Assembly: GCA_963759785.1 (NCBI GenBank)
Contig: CAVXAM010000006.1
Coordinates: 18,389-82,388 of the forward strand
DNA: 64,000 bases
From: an uncultured Chloroflexia bacterium
Lineage (GTDB): Bacteria; Chloroflexota; Dehalococcoidia; Dehalococcoidales; RBG-16-60-22
Direction: 5' to 3'
The notes below the pieces were generated by a model that saw nothing but the letters and a program-made list of their open reading frames with translations, made no database searches and was not told the DNA's origin. A program made the position numbers and the translations under genes. Position 1 is the first letter of the stretch. Every line of letters begins with the position of its first letter. Below are positions 37,870 through 48,350 of the stretch, one piece after another.

Positions 37870-38769
37870 TTATCTGAACAGTAAAAACGTCCCCGCTACC
37901 GTTACCGCCATCCCTAATCCTACCTTCCAGGTAAAAACCTCGCTCCGCCGGTTGACTATAAAAGACAAGACGAAAATAAAAAGTATTTCACTGCTGACCA
38001 GCGGCGATACAGTGTTAGCCGGACTCCTCCCTAACGCCATGAAATATAGCAATTGCCCTGCCGCCGTGAATAGCCCCGCCAGGACCATCGGCAGTATGTT
38101 CTTCCTTAAAGACAGCCTCTTAAATTGTTCCCGCTGCTTTTTCCCTCCCAATAACGCCAGCATCGCTACGCCGGATGCCGCGTAAGAAATAAAGCTTCCC
38201 GCTACCGCCGACCCCATCTCTTCGACCGCCGGCTTAATCAGAACCGGCGTTATGCCCCAGCAAAGCGCCGCCCCGAGCGCCAGCAGAATGCCCTTCAACT
38301 CATCGCGGGATAGCTTTTTCTTGCCTTTATCTGAACTAGCCCTTTCCTGGCTAATTAAGAATACCCCCGCCAGCATACATGCCGCGCCTAAACCAACATA
38401 AATAGTCAATGTTTCCTGCAGGAAAATCCAGCTTAACAGAACGGTTATCGCCGGGCTGATTTGCGTAATCGGCGTCCCGCGGTTAGCTCCGATAAGACGG
38501 AAGGATTCGTAAGCCCACAGGCGTCCGATTATGAAATGAATTAAACCGACGATTGCCAGAAAGCCCAGCGCCCACCATGATACGCCCTGCAGCTTAGACC
38601 AGTCCCCGCTGGCGAAGATGGCAATGGTAAAAAAGAAAACCCCGGCAAAAGCCGTAAAAGCGGTAACGGTGAAAGCCTCGCCGGCTTCTCCGACGGATTT
38701 CCTGACCAGGACGATGCCGATAGCGAAGCTAACAGCCGAAATCAGGGCGAGAACCAAGCCGGTATCCAT
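37870..38769 (-). CDS. DMT/EamA family transporter
   Basis: Two EamA repeats, about 10 TM helices. Confidence 0.88.
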   Translation of the reverse strand: MDTGLVLALISAVSFAIGIVLVRKSVGEAGEAFTVTAFTAFAGVFFFTIAIFASGDWSKLQGVSWWALGFLAIVGLIHFIIGRLWAYESFRLIGANRGTPITQISPAITVLLSWIFLQETLTIYVGLGAACMLAGVFLISQERASSDKGKKKLSRDELKGILLALGAALCWGITPVLIKPAVEEMGSAVAGSFISYAASGVAMLALLGGKKQREQFKRLSLRKNILPMVLAGLFTAAGQLLYFMALGRSPANTVSPLVSSEILFIFVLSFIVNRRSEVFTWKVGLGMAVTVAGTFLLFR

Positions 38770-38771
38770 CG

Positions 38772-39941
38772 CTAGTCCACAGACGCCGGCAGAGAGGACT
38801 CGGATACAGCCTTAGTTATCGTTTCTAAAAGCCTGGGGAGCCCCCAGCCCTTGACGGCAGCGATAATTACCGTGCTTTCGTCCGGGGCGAGGCCTAGAGA
38901 CGCTATAACGCTTTCGACGCCCTCCCCGTTCGGCATTGGCTCATCGGGCATCAGGCAGTCGATTTTATTCAGTACGGTAATGCGTTTTTTCTCTAGTAAA
39001 CCGAGCTCGCCGAGGATTTTTTCCACCGCCTGGCACTGCTCCGCAGCATCCGGCGACGAAATGTCGACAATATGCAGCAGAAGGCTAGCTTCGGTAAGCT
39101 CTTCGAGGGTCGCGTGGAAGGCGTGAATAATCATCGGTGGCAGTTTGCGGATAAAGCCGACCGTGTCAGTGAGGAGTATCGTGTTGTTATTCGGCAAAGT
39201 CAGGCGCCGGGTGGTGGGGTCTAACGTGGCGAAAAGCCTGTCATCCGCCAGCACGTCGGCACGGCAGAGGGCGTTAAGTAAGGTACTCTTACCGGCGTTG
39301 GTATAGCCGACTAAAGCCACCACCGGGATGCCGCTTTGCTGTCTTTGCTGGCGGTAGAGAGCGCGGCGACGTCTTATTTCTTCCGTTTGCTCTTCCAAAC
39401 GTCGGATTTTATGACGAATTAGACGCCGGTCCGTCTCTAGCTGTGACTCACCGGGTCCCCTCGTACCGATACCGCCGCCCAGCCTCTCCAGGTGGCTCCA
39501 CTGTCCCGCCAGCCGGGGTAAAAGGTACTGGTGCTGGGCTAACTCTACCTGTAAACGTCCTTCGTGGGTACGGGCACGCTTGGCGAAAATGTCTAAAATC
39601 AACGCCACACGGTCGATAACCTTTACCTCCAGCTCTTTTTCAAGGTTCTCCTGCTGTTTCGGCGTCAATTCATCATCAAGGATGAGGACATTGTAGTCTT
39701 TGGTGTCTTTTAAAGCTAAAAGCTCCTCGATTTTCCCCTTGCCGACGTAATAATCGTGCGAAGGCGTCGGCAGCTGCTGGACGATTTTAGCTACTACTTT
39801 AGCCCCGGCGGATTCAGCCAATAAAGCCAGTTCCTCGAGTGAATTCTCGGCGATTTGCCTTTCGCGGCTCCCTTTTGGCGATACAGCTACTAATAGCGCT
39901 TTTTCCTGCGGCGCTTTGGTGACGATGATATTTTTAGCGAT
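38772..39941 (-). CDS. hflX: Ribosome-splitting GTPase HflX
   Basis: GIGTRGPGE, GYTNAGKS, LFATLDPT, DTVGF, NKID. The conserved N-terminus extends to a proposed ATC start at 39941. Confidence 0.93.
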   Translation of the reverse strand: MAKNIIVTKAPQEKALLVAVSPKGSRERQIAENSLEELALLAESAGAKVVAKIVQQLPTPSHDYYVGKGKIEELLALKDTKDYNVLILDDELTPKQQENLEKELEVKVIDRVALILDIFAKRARTHEGRLQVELAQHQYLLPRLAGQWSHLERLGGGIGTRGPGESQLETDRRLIRHKIRRLEEQTEEIRRRRALYRQQRQQSGIPVVALVGYTNAGKSTLLNALCRADVLADDRLFATLDPTTRRLTLPNNNTILLTDTVGFIRKLPPMIIHAFHATLEELTEASLLLHIVDISSPDAAEQCQAVEKILGELGLLEKKRITVLNKIDCLMPDEPMPNGEGVESVIASLGLAPDESTVIIAAVKGWGLPRLLETITKAVSESSLPASVD

Positions 39942-39973
39942 GTTTTGCTCCTGAATATACAGATTATGTAAAC

Positions 39974-41158
39974 TTATTTCTTCGGGGTGAGACGACGGGT
40001 ATTCCGCCAGCCTGACAACTTCGAGAGTCCTTTTACCAGCGAGGCATCGGGGATAGTCAGCGACAATCTTACGTAACCTTCGCCGCTGGCTCCGTACCCC
40101 AAACCGGGAGTAACCGCCACCCCTACCTGGTCGAGTAAATCAGCCGTAAAATCTACCGAACTATAGCCTTCGGGGACCTTCGCCCAGATATAAAGACTAG
40201 CCTTAGGCGGCGTTACTTTAAGTCCTATCCTGTTCAACATATCGACAATCAGGTCGCGGCGACGCTGGTAAATAACGTTATGTTCGGCAACGCTGTCCTG
40301 CGGACCGTTTAAAGCCTCGATAGCCATATACTGAATAGCCTGCGGAATCCCCGAATCCAGGTTCGATTTCAGCGTCCTTAAAGCCTTAATCGCTTCGGCG
40401 TTACCGACCGCCATACCGATACGCCAGCCGGTCATATTAAAAGTTTTTGAGAGCGAATGGAACTCGATAGCGACATCTTTAGCCCCATCCGCCTGCAGAA
40501 AACTCACCGGCTGATAGTCATCAAAAGATACCTCGGAATAAGGTCCATCATGGCAGATAAGGATATTGTGTAGCCTGGCGAATTCAGCTGCCTGCTGGAA
40601 AAACGCTAAATCCGCCACCGCCCCGGTGGGATTATTGGGATAATTCAGCCACAATATTTTGGTGCTTTTCAAGATGTAGTCCTTAATGTCCTTCAGGTCG
40701 GGTAAAAACCCGTTCTTTTCCAGCAGCGGGAGATAGTAAGGTCTACCACCTGCCAATTGCGTGCCGATGGCGTAAACGGGATACGCCGGGTCGGGTACTA
40801 AAGCGATATCGCCAGGGTCGATAAAGCAGAAAGCGATATGCCCGATGCCTTCTTTAGAGCCGATTAGCGGCAGCACCTCGGTAGCCGGGTCAAGCACAAC
40901 ATTGAACCGCCTTTCGTACCAGTCGGCGATAGCCTGGTGCAATTCCGGTAATCCTTCTGACTCCGGGTAACGATGATTAGCGGGGTCTTTGGCGGTTTCG
41001 CAGAGCTTATCGATGATATGCGGCGGCGTGGGGATATCGGGGTCGCCAATAGCGAAACTGATAACCTCTTCGCCTTTAGCCCGTTTTTCGGCTATTTTTT
41101 TATTGATTTCAACAAACAGATACGGTTTTAAAGCCTCAATACGCCGCGCCACTTTCAT
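39974..41158 (-). CDS. dapL: LL-diaminopimelate aminotransferase
   Basis: LIGSKEG, NYPNNPTG, SLSKTFNMTGWRIG; adjacent to dapF. Confidence 0.88.
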   Translation of the reverse strand: MKVARRIEALKPYLFVEINKKIAEKRAKGEEVISFAIGDPDIPTPPHIIDKLCETAKDPANHRYPESEGLPELHQAIADWYERRFNVVLDPATEVLPLIGSKEGIGHIAFCFIDPGDIALVPDPAYPVYAIGTQLAGGRPYYLPLLEKNGFLPDLKDIKDYILKSTKILWLNYPNNPTGAVADLAFFQQAAEFARLHNILICHDGPYSEVSFDDYQPVSFLQADGAKDVAIEFHSLSKTFNMTGWRIGMAVGNAEAIKALRTLKSNLDSGIPQAIQYMAIEALNGPQDSVAEHNVIYQRRRDLIVDMLNRIGLKVTPPKASLYIWAKVPEGYSSVDFTADLLDQVGVAVTPGLGYGASGEGYVRLSLTIPDASLVKGLSKLSGWRNTRRLTPKK

Positions 41159-41167
41159 AAAAACACC

Positions 41168-42028
41168 TCAATCTGGCCAACTACCTTCGTAAACCACGAC
41201 AGCCGGTCCGCCCAAAATTACTTCACCGTTACCGTTCCATTCTGCATTAAGTATACCACCAGGCAGCTTTACGTCCACCTTCGATTCGGTATAGCCGTTT
41301 AATTTTGATGCTACCGTAATCGCACAGGTACCGGAGCCGCAGGCTAAAGTTTCACCCACACCCCTCTCCCAGACCCTCGCTTCAATATGATTTTTATCCA
41401 GTACACGGGCTATTTCGAAGTTCACCCGTTGCGGAAAGACAGCCAGGTTTTCTACCAGTGGTCCTATTTTACCTAGCGGAAAATCAGCTACCGGTGTATC
41501 CAGGAAGTGTACGGCGTGAGGATTACCCATAGATACGAGATTTAGGGTTAAATCCATGCCATCAACGATAGTTCTAAAGGCAACCATCGACTTTATGTCA
41601 ACTGCCCTACCCTTCCCGGCTTTAATATTAAACGGAATTTGTTCGGCAGCGAGTCTGGGTTTACCCATGTTCGCCCAGAATTTAACGACCTTACCGCCCT
41701 TCCTCTCCAGCTTTACCTTATTTATCGTGGCTACGGTCTCGATAGTCATTTCATCAATATCAGACTTAATTAAACCCTTTTCCAGAATGTACCTGGCAAG
41801 ACACCTAATGCCGTTGCCGCAGGTTTCGGCTTCCGAGCCGTCGGTATCCCAGGTGCGCATCGCGAAATCGGCTTTGTTCGAATTAAAAAGTACGATTAAG
41901 CTGTCCGCGCCGATACCCAGGTGACGATTTAGAACCGTTATCGCTAGCTTCGACCAGTCACGCTTGATATTACGCCCGTCAACCATGACGAAGTCGTTGC
42001 CGGCGCCATGCATTTTAGTGAAATCCAT
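41168..42028 (-). CDS. dapF: Diaminopimelate epimerase
   Basis: KMHGAGNDF, CGNGIRC, MGNPH, ERGVGETLACGSG. Confidence 0.96.
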   Translation of the reverse strand: MDFTKMHGAGNDFVMVDGRNIKRDWSKLAITVLNRHLGIGADSLIVLFNSNKADFAMRTWDTDGSEAETCGNGIRCLARYILEKGLIKSDIDEMTIETVATINKVKLERKGGKVVKFWANMGKPRLAAEQIPFNIKAGKGRAVDIKSMVAFRTIVDGMDLTLNLVSMGNPHAVHFLDTPVADFPLGKIGPLVENLAVFPQRVNFEIARVLDKNHIEARVWERGVGETLACGSGTCAITVASKLNGYTESKVDVKLPGGILNAEWNGNGEVILGGPAVVVYEGSWPD

Positions 42029-42051
42029 TACTTTATCTTACACTCCATTCA

Positions 42052-42972
42052 TTATTCTTCGGCTAAAAACTCTTTAAGAGCTTTCTCAATCGTTGTATCT
42101 TTGGTTTGTTCGATATCAAACCAGTGGATATTTTCGTCCTTCAGCCGGAACCAGGCATACTGGTGGCGGATAAAGCGGTGCGTTTCCGTTTTGATTTTCT
42201 GAATTGCTGCCTCGAGCGTCAGTTCACCTTTTAAATATTGACCGATTTGCCGGTAGCCGATACCAGACATCGACGGTAAACTGAAATCGTACCCCATTTT
42301 GAGGAGGTTCTCCACTTCCTGGATGAGTCCCCGTTCAACCATCTTATCCACGCGCTGGTCGACGATATGGTAAAGCGCCGACCTTGCGGCCGTTAAGCCG
42401 ATGATGTATGGGGTAAAGGCAGGGGGATTTTTACGCCCGAGCCGCGAAAACGCCTGCCCGGCTTTAGCATGCACTTCGAGTGCGCGAATCACACGGCGCA
42501 CATTGCGGCGATCAATTTTAGCTGCCGCGTCGGGGTCGGCAATGACAAGTTCTTGATAAATTTCATCAATGCTTCTCTCATTGACTTTCTTAGCTATATT
42601 ATACCTGAAATCTGCATCAGGTGAAACCCTCGGTATCTGCCATCCTTCGAGAACCGCTTTAACATATAGCCCCGTCCCCCCGACGAGAAACGGCAATTTA
42701 CCTCGCCGATGAATATCGGCGATGGCTTGATTGGCTAATTCCTGGTAAGTTGCCAGATTAAAATCATCGCTTGGATTAATAATATCTATCAAATGATGGG
42801 GGATGGATTCAAGCTCCTGCGACGTTGGCTTGGCAGTGCCGATATCCATATAACGATATACCTGGCGGCTATCGGCGCTAACGATTTCACCATGAAAAAC
42901 CTTCGCGAGGTGCAGCGCCAGACGGCTTTTACCAATACCGGTAGGACCGACGATAGCGATAACCCGCTTCAT
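42052..42972 (-). CDS. miaA: tRNA dimethylallyltransferase
   Basis: GPTGIGKS, DSRQVY, VGGTGLY. Confidence 0.96.
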   Translation of the reverse strand: MKRVIAIVGPTGIGKSRLALHLAKVFHGEIVSADSRQVYRYMDIGTAKPTSQELESIPHHLIDIINPSDDFNLATYQELANQAIADIHRRGKLPFLVGGTGLYVKAVLEGWQIPRVSPDADFRYNIAKKVNERSIDEIYQELVIADPDAAAKIDRRNVRRVIRALEVHAKAGQAFSRLGRKNPPAFTPYIIGLTAARSALYHIVDQRVDKMVERGLIQEVENLLKMGYDFSLPSMSGIGYRQIGQYLKGELTLEAAIQKIKTETHRFIRHQYAWFRLKDENIHWFDIEQTKDTTIEKALKEFLAEE

Positions 42973-43733
42973 ACTTTCTTTATTTCAGAAGCTTGTTTGA
43001 CGATGCTGACGAATTCATCGGCTTTTAAGCTGGCTCCGCCGACCAGAGCGCCGTCGATTTCCGGCTGCTGCATGAACTCGGCGATATTCGCGGCGCTGAC
43101 ACTACCGCCGTAAAGGATGCGGACATTACCGGCGATATCGGTGCCATGCAATCGGGTGATAAAATCACGGATAAAACTGATAGTATTGTTAGCGTCCTCG
43201 CCGGTGGCGGACCTGCCGGTGCCGATAGCCCATATCGGCTCGTAGGCGATGACCATTCCGCTAAGGAAGTAGAGTTTATTCGAACAGGAATAAATCTGGC
43301 GTCCCAGCACCTCTTTCGTTTCTCCGGCTTCATTTTCTGCCAGCGTTTCACCGATGCATAGAATCGGTCTAAAGCCGAAGGTAATCGCCGCTTTCAGCTT
43401 TTTATTTATCATTTCATTAGTCTCGCCGAGAATCTGCCGGCGTTCGGAATGCCCGATGATAATATATTCACAAAGGTCAGCCAGCATAAGCGGTGAGATT
43501 TCACCGGTATAGGCACCCTTTTCCTCGTAAAAGACGTTCTGGGCGCCCAGCTTAATGTTGTCGCCCTTTAAAGCAACTTTCGCATCGACTAAAGAAACAA
43601 AGGGAGGACAAATAACCTTTTCTACGTTTTGTATTCTGTTGAGTCCCGGCTGTATTTTTTTTATTAGATTCACGGCTTCTTTGACCGTGGTATTCATCTT
43701 CCAGTTGCCCGCAATCAGCGGCATACGTGACAT
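42969..43733 (-). CDS. tpiA: Triosephosphate isomerase
   Basis: GNWKMN, GHSERR, AYEPIWAIGTG, LVGGASL. Confidence 0.98.
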   Translation of the reverse strand: MSRMPLIAGNWKMNTTVKEAVNLIKKIQPGLNRIQNVEKVICPPFVSLVDAKVALKGDNIKLGAQNVFYEEKGAYTGEISPLMLADLCEYIIIGHSERRQILGETNEMINKKLKAAITFGFRPILCIGETLAENEAGETKEVLGRQIYSCSNKLYFLSGMVIAYEPIWAIGTGRSATGEDANNTISFIRDFITRLHGTDIAGNVRILYGGSVSAANIAEFMQQPEIDGALVGGASLKADEFVSIVKQASEIKKV

Positions 43734-43742
43734 ATTTAGCTC

Positions 43743-44945
43743 CTAGGCTCCGAACTTGGTTAACTTCCGGGCATTAGCCATCGCTAAAGGCATGATGTCG
43801 GTAGCTTGAATTCTCCCCAAGCCGCCCGCTAGAAAAGCCGACTCGGTAAATTCTTTAACTATATCGGTACGGCAATACTTCGAGCATATCGCCACCGGTA
43901 CCGGATGCCAGCTATGACCGCCGTAAGCCGCCGGTGTCGAATGGTCGCCGGTAACGACCAGCACATCCGGCTTAAGCGCCGTTACTACAGGCAAAGCGGC
44001 ATCGAGTTGCTCCAGCACTCTCACCTTCCTGGCGAAATTGCCATCTTCGCCGGCGGTATCCGTCCACTTAATATGCAGGAAGAAAAAGTCGTATTTACGG
44101 TAGTTTTCTTTAAGTGTTTCGAATTCGCTTTCTAATGTCGTTCCCGTCGCCGCTACCTGCATCCCTACCAGCCGGGCTATCCCGCGGTACATGGGGTAAA
44201 CAGCGATAGCCAGCGGGTTAAGTTTATATATATCACGCATAGTCGGCAGTTGCGGTTTTTTGGCGAAACCACGTAATAAAATCATATTGGCGGGTTGTTG
44301 CTTAAGTAATACAGTTTTAGCTCTTAAGATAAATTTATTAACAACATCTGCAGTAAATTTAGCGATAGCATGTTCTGTTTTCACTTCCAACGGGGCTACA
44401 CCGGACCGTGATGGGTCGGACTCTGTAACGTGTTCGTCCAGATTAGCACCGCGAAAAACGACTACAAAACGGTGTTCCCTTATCGGATAAACTTTTATTT
44501 CCACCCCTTCAACTGTTATCCTGCTGAGCATTTTACACAGGTCGGCGCATATTTCCGTAGAGATACGCCCCGCTCTTCGGTCGATGATAACGCCCCAGTT
44601 ATCCATCGAACAGAAGTTGCCGCGGGCAGCCAAATCGTTCGGTCCAAGTTCGACATCAATGCCCACCGCTTCTAAAGCCCCACGGCCAATCTGATATGTA
44701 ATAGGATCGTAACCGAATAACGCCAGGTGACCCGGGCCACTCCCGGGGGTAATACCCGGAGCGATGGGGTCAGCCAGACCGCAGATGCCCTCTTTAGCGA
44801 TATTGTTGAGGTTCGGAATACGGGCGGTTTCCAGTTCGGTCTTGCCAGTTTCAGGGTCAGGTAGCCCACCTAACCCGTCTACCACCAACATCACTATCCT
44901 TTGCGGCGAGGTTATTGTAATGTTTTTAATCAGATTAATGTCCAT
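43743..44945 (-). CDS. apgM: 2,3-BPG-independent phosphoglycerate mutase (archaeal type)
   Basis: VDGLGG, PGSGPGHL, RGALEA, TGDHSTP, HSWHPVP. Confidence 0.92.
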   Translation of the reverse strand: MDINLIKNITITSPQRIVMLVVDGLGGLPDPETGKTELETARIPNLNNIAKEGICGLADPIAPGITPGSGPGHLALFGYDPITYQIGRGALEAVGIDVELGPNDLAARGNFCSMDNWGVIIDRRAGRISTEICADLCKMLSRITVEGVEIKVYPIREHRFVVVFRGANLDEHVTESDPSRSGVAPLEVKTEHAIAKFTADVVNKFILRAKTVLLKQQPANMILLRGFAKKPQLPTMRDIYKLNPLAIAVYPMYRGIARLVGMQVAATGTTLESEFETLKENYRKYDFFFLHIKWTDTAGEDGNFARKVRVLEQLDAALPVVTALKPDVLVVTGDHSTPAAYGGHSWHPVPVAICSKYCRTDIVKEFTESAFLAGGLGRIQATDIMPLAMANARKLTKFGA

Positions 44946-44951
44946 ATACTT

Positions 44952-46148
44952 TTATGCCTCTATTTTATCACGTAATGCAACTACCCCGGGTAAATCATCC
45001 CCTCCCAGGAACTCCAGCGAGGCTCCGCCGCCCGTCGAAACGAAGGTTATTTTATCCGCCAAGCCCAGCGTAGTAATCATTTCGGCGGTCGAACCGCCGC
45101 CGACGATGGTTTTCGCTTTTAGCTTGGGGAGTAGTCTGGCTAAAGCCTGGGTCGCTTTAGCAAATTGCGGTATCTCCGCTACTCCCATCGTGCCATTCCA
45201 GAAGACCGTTCGGCTTTTCTTCAGCTCCTTTTCAAAAGCCTCGGTTGTTTTAGGGCCGATATCAGCAATCAGCTTATCGGACGGTATCGCTTCAACCGCT
45301 ATGACTTTACCTGTAGCTGTGTTATCGATTTTCTCGGCTACTACTACATCAACCGGTAATAATAGACATACTTTATTCTTTTCGGCTGCTTTAAGCAACT
45401 CTCCGGCAATGTTGATGATGTCAGATTCGACCGCTGACATGCCGACGTCATATCCTTTAGCTTTTAAAAACGTCGCCGCCATGCCGCCGCCGATGAGCAG
45501 GCAGTCCACCTTGTCCATGATATTTTTTAACAAGGCTACTTTATCACTAACCTTAGCCCCCCCGAAAAGCCCCGTAAAGGGATGCTCTGGATGCTCTAAA
45601 AGTCCACCGAGGGTATTCAGCTCCTTTTCCAATAAGAACCCTGCCACCGCCGGCAGGTAATGAGCGATGCTGGACATCGAGGCATGGGCGCGGTGCGAGG
45701 TGCCGAAAGCGTCATTAACATAGACATCGCCCAGGTTCGCTAAAGCCCTGGCGAAACTCTCATCACCCTTTTCTTCTTCGGGGTGAAAGCGTAAATTTTC
45801 CAGTAGTAAAATATCGCCCGCTTTTAACGATGCGGCGGCTTTTTCTACTTCAGGACCAATGCAGTCCCTGGTTGTAGCAACAGGCTTTTTTAAAATTTCA
45901 CCAAGGCGCCTGGCGGCTGGTGCCAGCCGCATACTTTCAACAACCTGTCCTTTGGGACGTCCGAAGTGCGAAAGAAGGACGACCTTGGCTTTATGTTCGA
46001 TAAGATATTTGATAGTCGGTAAAACGGCGCGAATACGGCTATCATCAGTTATTGCTCCGGTTTTAACATCCAGCGGTACGTTAAAATCCACCCGAACCAA
46101 CACTCTTTTACCCGCAACATCGATATCTCTAACGGTCATCTTGTTCAT
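44952..46148 (-). CDS. pgk: Phosphoglycerate kinase
   Basis: RVDFNVP, ENLRF, DAFGTSHR, STGGGASLE. Confidence 0.98.
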   Translation of the reverse strand: MNKMTVRDIDVAGKRVLVRVDFNVPLDVKTGAITDDSRIRAVLPTIKYLIEHKAKVVLLSHFGRPKGQVVESMRLAPAARRLGEILKKPVATTRDCIGPEVEKAAASLKAGDILLLENLRFHPEEEKGDESFARALANLGDVYVNDAFGTSHRAHASMSSIAHYLPAVAGFLLEKELNTLGGLLEHPEHPFTGLFGGAKVSDKVALLKNIMDKVDCLLIGGGMAATFLKAKGYDVGMSAVESDIINIAGELLKAAEKNKVCLLLPVDVVVAEKIDNTATGKVIAVEAIPSDKLIADIGPKTTEAFEKELKKSRTVFWNGTMGVAEIPQFAKATQALARLLPKLKAKTIVGGGSTAEMITTLGLADKITFVSTGGGASLEFLGGDDLPGVVALRDKIEA

Positions 46149-46305
46149 GATGTATAAAGCTCCCGAAAACCAAGCGCTTAAAACAAAATATCAGGCGCCA
46201 GCCCGGCAACCTGATACTCACCACCACTTCTAACACAGGCGGCGTTAGCTTTCTGTGTTATTATACCGATTACGAATTTCCGTATCAAGCGGAAATTAAC
46301 CTCCA

Positions 46306-48210
46306 TTAAGTGGTTTTTGTTTTATTTTTCTCCCTGAGTTTTAAATCGGCTGTTGTGCCAGACAACATTCCTAAAACATGTCGCGCAATACCTTCGGCAT
46401 CCAGACCGTATTTAGCCCGCAGAATAGACTGGGTACCATGTTCGACGAACTCGTCCGGTATACCGATATTGTTTATCGTGATATCTTTCCTGCCTGATTC
46501 TTGCAGTAGACTGGCAACATTACTCCCGAAACCGCCAATCAGCACATTTTCTTCAACGGTAACGATGTTTTTTATACGTCCGGCAATATCGAGAATCAGC
46601 CCTTTATCTAACGGTTTGGCGAAACGGGCATTCACTACGGTAGTTTCGATTCCTTTCGAAGCCAGTATTTTCGCCGCTTCCATCGATGGGTAAACCGATG
46701 CGCCCAAAGCAAGAATGGCTACATTGTCTCCGTGTCCTAATATTTCACCCTTACCGATGGGGATTTCGTGAAACATATTATCCAGCGTCACACCCAGTCC
46801 GCGACTGCGGGGATAACGCACCGCCATCGGGCGCCGCGCTTTAATCGCCGTATAAAGCAGGTGCTGCAACTCATTTTCGTCTTTAGGGGCAGCAACGACC
46901 ATCTGCGGTATTAGCGTCAGGTAAGAGATATCGAATGTACCCTGGTGGGTCTTGCCGTCGTCACCGACAATGCCGCCGCGGTCAATAGCGAAGACAACCG
47001 GTAAATTTTGCAGGCAAACATCGTGGATTATCTGGTCAAAAGCACGTTGTAAAAAGGTCGAATAAATCGCTACCACCGGCAGATAGCCCTGCGTCGCCAG
47101 TCCGGCTGCGAAGGTAACCGCGTGCTGTTCGCAAATGCCGACGTCGAAAACGCGGTTGGGGAATTCGGCGATGAAATCGGCTAAACAATTCCCTTCCGGC
47201 ATTGCCGGTGTAATGACCACCAGCTTCGGCTCTTCACGGGCTAAACGAACCATCGTTTGAGCGAAGACTTCGCTATAGGTCGGAGCGTTACTCTCGCTTT
47301 TGTCCTTGGCGGGTACGCCATGAAAATAGACCGCATTATTCTCTGCCGCGGAATGCCCCTTCCCTTTAGTAGTAATAACATGAACCAGGGTCGGTTTATT
47401 ACTCTCTTCTTTTACCCTTTTTAGTACATTCAACAAATGCTGAATATTATGTCCATCGACTGGTCCTATATAAGTAAATCCAAGCGCCTCCCAAAGCGGC
47501 GTCGGCATAAAGAAACTCTTGATGTTATCGATTAAACTCCGACTCCATTGCCAGAATTTTTTACCAAAAGGTAATGCCGTGATGATTTTGCGACTGCCCC
47601 TCTCGGCGGTACGTAAGCGCCGGTCCAGTCTAACGCGGCTCATCAGCTTTGCCAGGGCGCCGACCGTCGGTGAAATCGACATCCCGTTATCATTCAGGAT
47701 AACGATAAGGCGCGACCCCAGATGGCCAGCCTGGTTCAATGCCTCATAAGCCATCCCGGCGGTAATCGCGCCGTCGCCGATGACCGCAACGACATGGTAT
47801 TTTTCACCGGCCAGGTCGCGGGCTACCGCTATCCCTAAAGCGGCGGAAATAGAGGTACTGGCATGTCCCGCGCCGAAGGGGTCGTGCTGACTTTCTTCGC
47901 GGGTGGTATAGCCGGAAAGACCGCGGTATTGCCGTAGAGTACTGAATTTTCGTTTCCTGCCGGTCAGGAGTTTATGACTGTAGCTTTGATGCCCGACGTC
48001 CCAGATAATTTTATCCTTGGGACTATCGAAGACGCGGTGAATAGCAATAGTTAATTCAACGACGCCAAGATTAGAAGCTAAATGCCCGCCGGTCGTGGTA
48101 ACGGTATTGATGATTTCTTCACGGAGTTCGGCAGCTAATGCTTCCAGCGCCGCCAGTGATAATCCTTTTAGGTCAGCGGGGCTATCGATAATATCCAGCA
48201 GTTTCGGCAT
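46306..48210 (-). CDS. dxs: 1-deoxy-D-xylulose-5-phosphate synthase
   Basis: GGHLASNLG, WDVGHQ, GDGAITAG, DVGICEQH, DGKTHQG. Confidence 0.97.
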   Translation of the reverse strand: MPKLLDIIDSPADLKGLSLAALEALAAELREEIINTVTTTGGHLASNLGVVELTIAIHRVFDSPKDKIIWDVGHQSYSHKLLTGRKRKFSTLRQYRGLSGYTTREESQHDPFGAGHASTSISAALGIAVARDLAGEKYHVVAVIGDGAITAGMAYEALNQAGHLGSRLIVILNDNGMSISPTVGALAKLMSRVRLDRRLRTAERGSRKIITALPFGKKFWQWSRSLIDNIKSFFMPTPLWEALGFTYIGPVDGHNIQHLLNVLKRVKEESNKPTLVHVITTKGKGHSAAENNAVYFHGVPAKDKSESNAPTYSEVFAQTMVRLAREEPKLVVITPAMPEGNCLADFIAEFPNRVFDVGICEQHAVTFAAGLATQGYLPVVAIYSTFLQRAFDQIIHDVCLQNLPVVFAIDRGGIVGDDGKTHQGTFDISYLTLIPQMVVAAPKDENELQHLLYTAIKARRPMAVRYPRSRGLGVTLDNMFHEIPIGKGEILGHGDNVAILALGASVYPSMEAAKILASKGIETTVVNARFAKPLDKGLILDIAGRIKNIVTVEENVLIGGFGSNVASLLQESGRKDITINNIGIPDEFVEHGTQSILRAKYGLDAEGIARHVLGMLSGTTADLKLREKNKTKTT

Positions 48211-48350
48211 AGTTTTTTACTTGCCAGAGGGGGACACCCATTAAATATTAGCAACGAAAACGAAGCATTGTCAAGCAAACAGGCTCGAATTAAACGTATT
48301 TTGTACTAAGTTGTTTGACACTATCACTGATGTTTTGCTACACTCGCAAG

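Noticed and set aside
44764-45660. 298-aa plus-strand ORF and the many similar antisense ORFs in the track
   Set aside because: Antisense shadows of well-supported genes (here pgk/apgM) with no motifs
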